Assembly (NCBI GenBank): GCA_963768425.1
Contig: CAVYHV010000014.1
Coordinates: forward strand, 256,001 to 320,000
Length of the DNA stretch: 64,000 bases
Direction: 5' to 3'
Origin: Candidatus Bathyarchaeota archaeon
GTDB taxonomy: Archaea > Thermoproteota > Bathyarchaeia > Bathyarchaeales > Bathycorpusculaceae
Positions 41,850 through 51,077 of the stretch are shown here, piece after piece. The notes under the pieces are model-generated. The model had not been told where the DNA came from. It saw nothing but the letters and a program-made list of their open reading frames with translations, and made no database searches. Every line of letters begins with the position of its first letter. Positions within the stretch are counted from its first letter, which is position 1. The position numbers and the translations under genes were made by a program.

Positions 41850-42109
41850 ACCTGCCTCGTATTGCGAATTCCTTTTTTGCAGAGTTTATTTAGCTCATTT
41901 TCAGCGATGTCAATCCTCAAAATGCCCTTTTCCCCGACAATTTCAAGGATTACACCTTCAACAAACTCTGAGTGATGTAACTCTCCAATAGTACCTTCGA
42001 CTTGGACGCTTTCATTGAAGTTGCTCGATAAGGTGACATTCTTGAGGTCGGCTTTGGATTTGAGTTGAATGGAGAAGGACCGCTCCTTCGCAGTCTTACC
42101 GTGTTTCAT
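41846..42109 (-). CDS. Small hypothetical protein
   Basis: GGAGG RBS; VEGTIG...GILRID; overlaps the next gene. Confidence 0.65.
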   Translation of the reverse strand: MKHGKTAKERSFSIQLKSKADLKNVTLSSNFNESVQVEGTIGELHHSEFVEGVILEIVGEKGILRIDIAENELNKLCKKGIRNTRQV

Positions 42110-42186
42110 TCCGTTTTTTCCTCCGAGTGACTAAGAGGCGGAAAAAGAGATTAGTCTTATTTGACAATCATGTGTAAGAATAAACA

Positions 42187-42969
42187 TTGATGTTTAGGTA
42201 CAGGAGAGAACAAAGCTTGGAAAATGGCCAAGGCGTTCAAAACTTATTTTTTAATCTCACTAGTGAAAGCAGACTTCAAATATTGTACAAACTAAAAAAC
42301 CAACATCTGAAAATGAATGATATAGCGCGGGAATTGGATTTGACTGCTACCGAAACTACTAGGCAACTGCAACGCCTAAAAGAGGCACGACTGGTTGAGA
42401 GGCAACCTGAAGGCACATATGCCCTTACAGAATATTGCATGCTCGTATTGCAGCTTTCTCCCGCCTTTGAGTTTGCTTACAAACACAAAAACTATTTTCT
42501 AACCCGGGATATTTGGCGAATTCCGTACGAATTTCTAAATCGAATAAGCGAGCTATCATCAGCCAGTTTATCCATCAACGTAGCAGATTCTATTAACCGT
42601 GGCGAGAAAATGGTTAAAGAAGCTGAAGAATACGTATGGACCCTTCGAGACAAATCCTTAGACACGATGGGATCATTAATGCTTGAACAATATGGAAAAA
42701 ACGTTAAGTCATTTAGATTTATGTTCGCCGAAAATTTGCGTTCTCCTTATAGGCCATCCCATGGGCGACCAGAAGTTGAGGAGAGAACACTTGCAAAAAT
42801 CCCTGCAATTATAGTTTGCACGGAAAAGGAAGCGGCAGTATGTCTGCTTTCAACTGATGGTCGAGCGGACTATTCGGGCTTCTTTGGCACAGACCCCTAT
42901 TTCAAGAAATGGGTAAAGGACCTCTTTCTTTATTTCTGGAACATTGGAAAAAGGGTTTTCCCAACCTAA
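42187..42969 (+). CDS. ArsR-HTH / DUF1724 (FilR1-like) regulator
   Basis: SESRLQIL...RQLQRL..ARLV; C-terminal TEKEA...DG..D...W..DLF.YFW. Confidence 0.8.
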   Translation: MMFRYRREQSLENGQGVQNLFFNLTSESRLQILYKLKNQHLKMNDIARELDLTATETTRQLQRLKEARLVERQPEGTYALTEYCMLVLQLSPAFEFAYKHKNYFLTRDIWRIPYEFLNRISELSSASLSINVADSINRGEKMVKEAEEYVWTLRDKSLDTMGSLMLEQYGKNVKSFRFMFAENLRSPYRPSHGRPEVEERTLAKIPAIIVCTEKEAAVCLLSTDGRADYSGFFGTDPYFKKWVKDLFLYFWNIGKRVFPT

Positions 42970-43198
42970 TATTGATCAACCTGTTGATGGTAATCATGAA
43001 GTGCTCGCTGCCTCCCAATTTTTCTTGGAAAAGAAAAAAGCGAAGATTGGCCGCGAAGAAACTTACAGTAACACTGCTTCTTTCTGTGGTGTTCAAAGCG
43101 TTTCCCAGCCTGAACTGCCATATGATTTGAGTTCAACCCTAAATTTCAAGATGCTTGGAAAGAAAAAGAAGGGAAGAAACAAAAGCGAAGTTGGTTGT

Positions 43199-43483
43199 CT
43201 ATTGTTTTTTGTGCTCTTTGAGAACGGTCATCGGTGACGTGCTAGTGTCGGCGATACCCGGCATGGCTCGTAAGACCTCGCCGATGAAGTGAAGGCTATT
43301 TTCGTTGCTGTCAGCTTTGAAGAAAATGACGAAATCCCAGTATCCATATAAGCTCCATGAAGACTCAATCATCACTCCTTTCATTGGTTCGGTAGGCATA
43401 TTTTTGAACGCTTCCCAGAACTCGCCGCCTTTTCCTGAAATCGTTTTGATTAAAACTTGATATTTCATCATGCTTTTTTCCAA
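43199..43483 (-). CDS. Stand-alone Lrp/AsnC ligand-binding (RAM) domain protein
   Basis: LYGYWDFVI...LRAMPGI..TST. Confidence 0.7.
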   Translation of the reverse strand: MEKSMMKYQVLIKTISGKGGEFWEAFKNMPTEPMKGVMIESSWSLYGYWDFVIFFKADSNENSLHFIGEVLRAMPGIADTSTSPMTVLKEHKKQ

Positions 43484-44100
43484 TTAAAACACCATGCTTA
43501 TTTTTGTAAAGACTTGCCTTTAAGACTCTGTGACTGCATAACCGCAACAACAACCGCCCAAGGCCCACGCCAACTTCCCCTTCGACACCAAAGAACTTTT
43601 GCAAAACTCCAGAGTCCCCTTCTGCAAACTACTTCGGTAAAGTTTCATGCTATCCCCTTGGTTTAAGCAAGGCTGACAATGTCCAGTTGGCTGATGGTTT
43701 TATGTTTTTCAGCGTAGATCCAACTGTCGGCCAAGCACTTGTTGCATCAGACTGAGACAACATTGTCTTAAATCATTTTGCACAATGATTAGTTAGCAAG
43801 GGAAAGTGGAACTACTAAGAGCCAACGTGTTGAGCGGGTCTGGCAGCTAACATAAAACAAGGCGCCCCCAAACTTTTGCGCCTGCCAATGTTAGCACGCG
43901 GCTAAATCCGCCCAACCAACATTTTTGCCCCTAACTCAAAATCCCTTTTTAAACAACCTGATTGAACCCTTAAATCAACAGCCAACCCCAAACATTCTAC
44001 GTCAACACAACCAAACCAGCTATCTCCTTTTCGGAGAACCCGCAAAAGGCCACTTTTCGAGTCGACGACAAGTCAATCATTCCCAAATCCGCAAAGCCAA

Positions 44101-44180
44101 AGGGAGTCAAATAGAGTCGAATTGGGTCAAAATGGGTCATTAGGAGTCATAACAAGTCAAATAGAGTCAAATGGAGTCGC
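44101..44180. repeat. Eight degenerate 10-bp tandem repeats
   Basis: GTC at positions 6-8 of every 10-mer; consensus ATNGAGTCAA. Confidence 0.85.
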
Positions 44181-44266
44181 AACCTGCAAATGATTCAAGC
44201 TCCTCCACAAGGAAGCAGCCCAAAACACAAACAAAAAATTTTGCATTAAGAAAATGCTTTTTGGGT

Positions 44267-44749
44267 TTAAGCTAGGTAGACGGTTACGTTTCCATCTTTG
44301 TCTTTTGCTGCTCGAACCTTGATTTTTCTCGGAGGTTTCTCGATGCCTCTGTTCCAGATTCTCTGGTTAAGCTCCTGGCTTATTATGAGTCTAGGTAACT
44401 CTTCTTCTTCCTCTTCTTCGGTAACCTTCATCTCTAGTTTCATGTGCTTGGTGATGAAAATCTTGATCAATTGCATCGCTCGGGAAGCACGCTTATTCGG
44501 CGGCCTAACCAACGCTCTCCCCAATGGGATCGTGTAGGTTCGCTCTTCAACGATTTCTTCTTCTTCCTTCTTCTTGCGTTTAGGTTTAGCTTCCTCTTCT
44601 TCAGCAACAGCTTCCTCAGGCTTCGCTTCAGCCGTCGGCTCCCCAACTACTTCGGGAACTTGTTCCTCAACGGTTTCTTCTTCAGCAAGCGGCGGCAACT
44701 CTTCTTGTTCGGTGACTGTCTGCGTTTCTTTTTTGTCTTCACTAATCAT
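44267..44749 (-). CDS. rpl31e: 50S ribosomal protein L31e with acidic N-terminal extension
   Basis: ERTYTIPL, KRASRA, IWNRGIEKPPRKIKV. Confidence 0.93.
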   Translation of the reverse strand: MISEDKKETQTVTEQEELPPLAEEETVEEQVPEVVGEPTAEAKPEEAVAEEEEAKPKRKKKEEEEIVEERTYTIPLGRALVRPPNKRASRAMQLIKIFITKHMKLEMKVTEEEEEEELPRLIISQELNQRIWNRGIEKPPRKIKVRAAKDKDGNVTVYLA

Positions 44750-44764
44750 CTACATCTACGTCTC

Positions 44765-44923
44765 CTATGCCTTTATCTTCCTTGTTCGCCAATTGCGCCT
44801 TTGCTTAGGGTTATTCCTAACTTTACCGTCAGTTCGGGCAATTACCCATGTGGGAACAGACGTTGCGATCTTGCCAGCTTTGGCTAATCGAAGCTTCTTG
44901 GCTGTTGGTTTAACTCGCGCCAT
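44765..44923 (-). CDS. rpl39e: 50S ribosomal protein L39e (not in ORF track)
   Basis: [16 protein letters not shown]...VPTWV..RT...RRNWRT. Confidence 0.93.
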   Translation of the reverse strand: MARVKPTAKKLRLAKAGKIATSVPTWVIARTDGKVRNNPKQRRNWRTRKIKA

Positions 44924-44927
44924 ACTT

Positions 44928-45257
44928 TCATATCCTTCTAATTGTTGGTTCTCGCTTCCGTGATTGAAGCTGAATTAATATCTGTTTAAGCTGAGCATCC
45001 GACAACGGAATAGGCAACTTCCCTGTCTGCGCCATTTGAATCAGCTGCATCTCAATCTGCTCCGCAAAGTCCTGCTTAACCATCTTTAGGTTGTTTAGCC
45101 TCTGCTGAGCCTCAGGCGCCAATATCTTTCTTAACAGCGCCTGTTTCTGAGCATCTATCTGCGCTTCTTCTTGGCTTTGTCTTTGCTCGTCACTTACGCG
45201 ACGCTGCATTGACGATAACTTTCGTCTACGGATTTGGTCAAGCTCGTCATCCGACAT
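44928..45257 (-). CDS. PDCD5-like DNA-binding protein
   Basis: [11 protein letters not shown]...[15 protein letters not shown]; conserved position beside rps19e. Confidence 0.9.
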   Translation of the reverse strand: MSDDELDQIRRRKLSSMQRRVSDEQRQSQEEAQIDAQKQALLRKILAPEAQQRLNNLKMVKQDFAEQIEMQLIQMAQTGKLPIPLSDAQLKQILIQLQSRKREPTIRRI

Positions 45258-45262
45258 TGCGT

Positions 45263-45727
45263 CTATTCGCCTTGATACTTCTTCAGCGCAGGGATAGTCT
45301 TAACTACTTCTTTATGCAAGTCTCCAGCGACCTCTTGAAGCAACTTACGACCCTTAGGAGTCATCCGTCTACCCTGAGGCTTAGTGGTTTGAACCAAACC
45401 TGCAGTTTCAAGCTGCTGAAGAATCTTGCGAATGTTACTTCCACCGGCTTTAGTGGCATGCGATTTTTTAACGCCGTTATTTTTTCTTCCACCATAATCA
45501 GCCCGCAGCTTCTCAAGCCCGATTGGACCATGAACATAGACTTTCCGGAGAACAGACGCGCTTCTGGTGTACCACCAATTTGGGTTTTGCGGCTGTTTTT
45601 CAACGTGGGTACCTGTCTTAGCGAAGGCTGCCCAAGGAAGAGGCTGGACTTCATCAACGTTTTCCCTAAGATACTTTGCTAAACGATCGATGAACTTTGA
45701 AGATGGAACATCATGAGGAGTAGTCAA
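45263..45727 (-). CDS. rps19e: 30S ribosomal protein S19e
   Basis: KTG.H.E..P..WWYTR.AS, YGGRK, RKILQQLE.AG. Confidence 0.96.
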   Translation of the reverse strand: MTTPHDVPSSKFIDRLAKYLRENVDEVQPLPWAAFAKTGTHVEKQPQNPNWWYTRSASVLRKVYVHGPIGLEKLRADYGGRKNNGVKKSHATKAGGSNIRKILQQLETAGLVQTTKPQGRRMTPKGRKLLQEVAGDLHKEVVKTIPALKKYQGE

Positions 45728-45863
45728 GATTACTCTAATCCTTTGTTTTTCCTTGCAGTAAAACAATGAAGCCAAATATAAATATTCTCTGGGCAGGAAT
45801 TAAGGCTCACGCAAGACAACACGCCTCAAGTCAACTCAAGCAAGCTGAGTTTTCAGCGGCCTC

Positions 45864-46133
45864 CTAACGCACAGATGCATTCGCTTTCAACACGAAAACC
45901 CGCAGATCAATTCTTGACGGGCAAACATAAGTGCAGTTTCCACATCCCTCACAGAGGTCAACTCGAAGCTTCCGCAGCGTTTCCTTTTTGTTTTTCTCGA
46001 AAGCCTCTTTGATTAAGACTGGGCTCAGGTTGTGCGGGCAGGAACGCATACAGACGCCACATCGGATGCAAGCCACTGTTTTCTCCTGCTTACGAGGATT
46101 CTCAAGAGTTTGAGAGGCACCCATACGTTTCAC
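45864..46133 (-). CDS. 2x[4Fe-4S] ferredoxin-like protein (RnfC C-terminus-like)
   Basis: CIRCGVCMRSCP and CEGCGNCTYVCPS. Confidence 0.85.
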   Translation of the reverse strand: MKRMGASQTLENPRKQEKTVACIRCGVCMRSCPHNLSPVLIKEAFEKNKKETLRKLRVDLCEGCGNCTYVCPSRIDLRVFVLKANASVR

Positions 46134-46332
46134 TTTGAAAGCTGAAACATGAACGATAATTATATAGGTTTTTGCTACAGCAGAATTTTGTCACCTTTCA
46201 AACACTGAAGCAGGAAAGAGGCTTTTTGTTTCCCAAAACTATACAGACATTAAAACACCATGTGGTCGACTCTTTAGAAATGCTTATTACTTATCGCCGT
46301 TGATGTCTATTTGTAGATTCTGAAGGTTTTTT

Positions 46333-47363
46333 ATGTCTTCTGAGAAAAATCGGGCCTTATATTCTAGCGATTTCCAGTCCTACTGCAGCAACGCAAAAAA
46401 ACTTGTTGATTTTGAACTCCAAACGCTTCTGCCGGCCATCGCCAAGTTTAAGCTGCGAAAACAAATAGAGTACGCCCTACTGACCAAAGGGAAACGGCTT
46501 CGCCCCACTTTAGTTCTGTTGAGCGGGGAAAGCGCAGGCGGCAACCGAACGCAGCTTCGCAGGTTGGCGTTGGCTTTTGAGCTATTGCATTTAGCAACGC
46601 TTGTCCATGATGACATTTTGGATGAGGACACGTTCAGGCGAAATGCCCTGTCGGTTTATGCAAAATGGAGCGTTAAAGATGCTATTCTTGTGGGTGACGT
46701 TTTGGCTTCGTTTTCGCTGTCTTTGTGCAAGGGATACAGAAGGGAAATCCTCAACGTGATTATCGACACTTGCATGCAGCTTTCAGATGGCGAATACAGC
46801 GACGTAGAATTAGCCGGTGAAGAATTAAACGAAAAAGAGTACTTTGGAAAGATACAAAAGAAATGCGCAGCACTTTTCAGGGCAGCCTGCGAATGCGGAG
46901 CTCTTGCAGCCGACGGCTCATCCAGCGTGACTAGGCGTTGAGGCTTTTCGGCGAGAACTACGGTGTTGCTTACCAGATAAAAGACGACATACTGGACGCG
47001 CAGGAATGGGGGAACGATCTGCAACCCGACGTCAACAAGTTCCGAGCCACACTTCCAATAATACACGCGTACGAAACGGCTGGCAAAGAGAAGCAGGTGC
47101 GTTTCAGAAGGCTTCTTTCCGCAAAAACAACCCGGAACCTTAGTATTTTCCTAAGAGAAGTGCAGCCGTATTTTGAGAAAGGCTCCTTAAATTACTGCAC
47201 AAACCGATTAAACATGTACGTTGACAGGGCAGTTGCAAGTTTAGCGCCGTTGAAAGAAACCCGATTTAAAAGTTACCTCGTTGAGATGGCTGAGTTATTG
47301 AAGATGGAAGAACAAGAAGTCGGCATCCAAAAGATCGCTGCAGAAACCAGAAAGTTAACGTAG
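46333..47363 (+). CDS. Polyprenyl diphosphate synthase (frameshift at ~46935)
   Basis: GKRLRP, HDDILD..RR, YQIKDDILD. Confidence 0.88.
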
Positions 47364-47406
47364 AGACACTTTCTTTTTTTGTCATTTATACTGAGGATGA
47401 AAAATT

Positions 47407-48899
47407 TTGACTGGGAAGCTGCAGTTAGCTGGTGAAATTTATTCGGATGAGGCATCTTTGAAAGCCTACTCCACGGATATGAGCCACTACTCAGTTAAGC
47501 CTCAGATGGTTGCTGTCCCAGCAAACGAGCAAGACATCGCTAGGATAATCGCTTACGCAAAGCAAGAATCGATCCCTATCACCCCGCGTGGAGCAGGCTC
47601 TAACCAATCAGGCTCCGCCGTCGGACCAGGCATTATTGTTCTCTTCTCCAAAATGAACGCTATTGTTAAAAGGAATGGGCGTAGGGTTCGGGTTCAATCT
47701 GGCGTAATCCACAAGTTCTTGACCAGCAACTTGCCGCGGACGGGCTAAGGATCCCTTATGACCCCACGTCCCGTGGGTTTTGCACCATAGGCGGAAACGT
47801 CGCAACCAAGGCAAGCGGGGTCAGAAGCCTCAAATATGGGACGGTTGACTCGGCGCTAAGAAGCCTACGTTTCTTTGACGTCGCCCACGGGTTAATTGAT
47901 ACTCAAGGTCGCCTGCCCGAAACCGTTGAAGAAGCCATCGCTGACCTTAAGAAACGTCTTATTAGCGATAAAGAAGCGATGAGCGTCCTAAACGCTCGAG
48001 GCAACCTCAAATCCAGCAGCGGCTACAACCTGCGAAGCCTCATCCAATACCAAGAGCCAAACGAAATCGTGACCCATCTAATGGCTGGCTCGGTTGGTAC
48101 GCTGGGGGTTTTCAGCGAAGTAGAGTTGGAAGCAGTTCCCTTTCCCGAAAGCCGCATACTCTACATCGCCTTTTTCCGTTCCTTGACGGAAGCAGCCGAA
48201 GATGTGAAAAAGCTCATGGCAATCAAACCCTCAGCTGTCGAGCTCATGGATTCTTACGGAGTTGATTTGCTAAGAAAAACCAATGAAGTCAACGTTCCCC
48301 TTGATTGCAAGGCTGTTCTGTTTGTGGAATTAGATTCTGACTTAGAACAAACGAGTATTGCTATGATGAGTTATTTGAAGGAGAAACCACTGGAATTCTC
48401 GGTTGAAACTGATCCGAAAAAGCAAGCTGCGCTTTGGATGGTGAGGGAGTCGATGCTTCTTTGGATTATGAACTCGCTGGAAACGGCGCAAAAAAGGTTT
48501 CCGCCCTTTGCAGACGATATAGCTATACCAGTGCAGCAACTACCGAACTTCATAGCCGCCGTTCAACAGATATTGGATAGTTTTGGGACTATTGCAGTGA
48601 TTTACGGGCACGCAGGCGAAGGAAACCTACACATAAGGCCAATGATTAGCATTGAGAATTGGGAAGAAAACCTAAAAAAATTATCCAGCCTCATCTTCGA
48701 CGCAGCCCTAAAGGCAGGTGGAACCATAACGGCTGAGCATGGACTAGGAAGAAACAGGTCATTGTATCTTCGCAATGAGTGGGGAGACAAAATCTACCGC
48801 TATTTCTCAGAAGTAAAGAGGATTTTTGACCCCACAGGACTCTTAAATCCGGACGTGGTTTTCACGTCGGATGATCTAACAAAAAACCTCAAGTTGTAG
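47407..48899 (+). CDS. FAD-linked oxidase, GlcD/D-lactate dehydrogenase-like (frameshift at ~47715)
   Basis: PRGAGS, TIGGNVAT.ASG, GHAGEGNLH, AEHGLG. Confidence 0.88.
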
Positions 48900-49087
48900 C
48901 CTTCCGCAAACGACACGGGTGTAGTGTGGCAACTACAACAAACCCTTTTATCGCTTGCTAAGCTCCTTTTTGAATGGTGTTTCCATGCGTTCTTATGAAG
49001 AAGTAGGCTACTGTAAGAGTTCCCTGAAGTCACACACCCTTTCAGACCCACAAACTCACCAATCTAAGCGACCAGGGGCTGAATAAA

Positions 49088-50311
49088 ATGGCAACCCAAG
49101 CACAAAAAACCGCGCCATCAACCACTAAAGACACTGGACTACGCGGAGTCCTCATCGCCGACACGGCAATCTCGCTTATCGACGGAGTAAAAGGCGAGCT
49201 TTCCTATCGAGGATTCGACATACATGATTTAGCTGCTTACTCAACCAGTGAAGAAGTCGCTTATCTGCTATTAAACGGCAACTTGCCAACAACGGCGCAG
49301 ATTGAAGAATTCTCAAAGACCCTTGTAACGGAAAGAAAACTGCCACCAAGCTTAGTTGAAGTTCTCAAAAAACTTCCCAGCTCAGCAGCACCTATGGATG
49401 TTCTGCAGGGAACAGTGGCTTTGCTTGCTGATTTTGACCCCGAAAAGCATGATGACTCAAAAGAGGCTAACCTGAAGCGTGCATCTCGACTAATAGCTGT
49501 GTTACCCACAGTGGTTGCGTTTTGGGATAGAATCAGAAAAAACCAGCCCCCTATCGAGCCGAACTCGAAGCTGAATAGGGCTGCGAATTTCCTGTACATG
49601 CTCTCAGGCAATGAGCCAGAGGAGGAGACAGCTAAGGATTTTGACACCTCGTTGGTCTTGCATGCTGAACACTCGTTTAATGCCTCTACTTTTGCCGCAA
49701 GGGTTGTGGCTTCAACGCGGGCTCACATGTACGCCGCAGTCAGCGCTGCCGTCGGGTCGCTTTCAGGCGAATTGCACGGCGGAGCGAACATGCAGGTTAT
49801 GAGGAACCTCGTTGAAATCGACGATCCAGCCAAAGTTGAAGCTTGGGTTAAAGCGAAATTTGACAACCATGAACGCATCATGGGCATGGGTCACGCAGTG
49901 TACAAAGCCTTAGACCCCAGAGCTGATTTGCTTCGGCACATCTCCGAGAAACTTGCGCGGCGAACAGGCGAACCGAAATGGTACCTAATGACTAAAGAAA
50001 TCGAATTTAACACTCAACGCGAGTACCGAGTGCGCAAAGGCGGCGAAATCTACCCTAACGTAGACCTATACAGCGCCTCCGTCTACCATATGCTCGGCAT
50101 CCCTGATGACTTGTTCACACCCATCTTTGCTGTAGCAAGAGTCCCAGGATGGGCAGCACACATTATCGAAGAAAAGTTTCCTGCGCCGCCGATTAAGCCT
50201 GAACTTTACCGCCCCAGCGCACAATACGAAGGCAACTACTGTGGAGCTGTAGGCTGCAAATACGAACCCATGGCTAAACGGGCAACAGAAAGCCAACAAC
50301 AAACAAAGTGA
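49088..50311 (+). CDS. Citrate / 2-methylcitrate synthase
   Basis: HAEHSFNAST, LHGGAN, GMGHAVY, YPNVD. Confidence 0.95.
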   Translation: MATQAQKTAPSTTKDTGLRGVLIADTAISLIDGVKGELSYRGFDIHDLAAYSTSEEVAYLLLNGNLPTTAQIEEFSKTLVTERKLPPSLVEVLKKLPSSAAPMDVLQGTVALLADFDPEKHDDSKEANLKRASRLIAVLPTVVAFWDRIRKNQPPIEPNSKLNRAANFLYMLSGNEPEEETAKDFDTSLVLHAEHSFNASTFAARVVASTRAHMYAAVSAAVGSLSGELHGGANMQVMRNLVEIDDPAKVEAWVKAKFDNHERIMGMGHAVYKALDPRADLLRHISEKLARRTGEPKWYLMTKEIEFNTQREYRVRKGGEIYPNVDLYSASVYHMLGIPDDLFTPIFAVARVPGWAAHIIEEKFPAPPIKPELYRPSAQYEGNYCGAVGCKYEPMAKRATESQQQTK

Positions 50312-50341
50312 CCAAAAAGTTTTCGCGCAGAGAGAAAGATG

Positions 50342-51076
50342 CTATCCAGAGGCACTGTTTTTTGGCCGCAGCTCATCCATGATTCTTTTTCTAATTTCCA
50401 TGATATGCTTTGTAACCTGAATAGATTTAGGGCAAACCACCGTGCATCGATAGTAAGATTTGCAGCTCCATGCACCATGCGGCTTATCCATAATTTGCAG
50501 GCGTTCAAGCATGTCTTTGATGCGGCTGTCAAAAATGTATCTGTGCGCCCTAACGATGGCGGCTGGCCCTACATAGCTGGGATCTTCTTTCTGGCTGACA
50601 GGGCAAGCAGAGACGCAACAGGCGCACATAATGCATTTGATGTCATCGTCAAACTGCGATCGCTCCTCAACCGTCTGCCGATGCTCTTTGCCTTCTTCTG
50701 CTGCCGTCAAGCTTATCCCCTGGGACGAGTGAACAGATTTTTCCTTCGCAAAAAACTCGTCCAAGTCCACCACTAAATCTTTCACGACGGGAAACACGCT
50801 AAGAGGCTCAATCAGGATTTCTTTGTCAACTGGATAGTCTTTCACAAGTTTTTGGCATGCCAAAGCTGAAACCCCATTGATCGTCATGCCGTCGGAACCG
50901 CAGATACCATGGGCGCAACTCATTCGGTAAGCTAAGCTTCCATCTTGTTCCCATCGAACCTTATTGAGGCAGTCAAGAAGCCTATCTGTTGATTTGGCGT
51001 CAACAACGAATAAGTCGTAACGTGGTTCTTTGTCAGCTTTAGGGTCGAACCGGAAGATTTTCAACTTGACGTTCAT
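50342..51076 (-). CDS. sdhB: Succinate dehydrogenase/fumarate reductase Fe-S subunit
   Basis: SCAHGICGSD, CIMCACCVSACP, C...YRCTVVCP. Confidence 0.93.
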   Translation of the reverse strand: MNVKLKIFRFDPKADKEPRYDLFVVDAKSTDRLLDCLNKVRWEQDGSLAYRMSCAHGICGSDGMTINGVSALACQKLVKDYPVDKEILIEPLSVFPVVKDLVVDLDEFFAKEKSVHSSQGISLTAAEEGKEHRQTVEERSQFDDDIKCIMCACCVSACPVSQKEDPSYVGPAAIVRAHRYIFDSRIKDMLERLQIMDKPHGAWSCKSYYRCTVVCPKSIQVTKHIMEIRKRIMDELRPKNSASG

Positions 51077-51077
51077 G

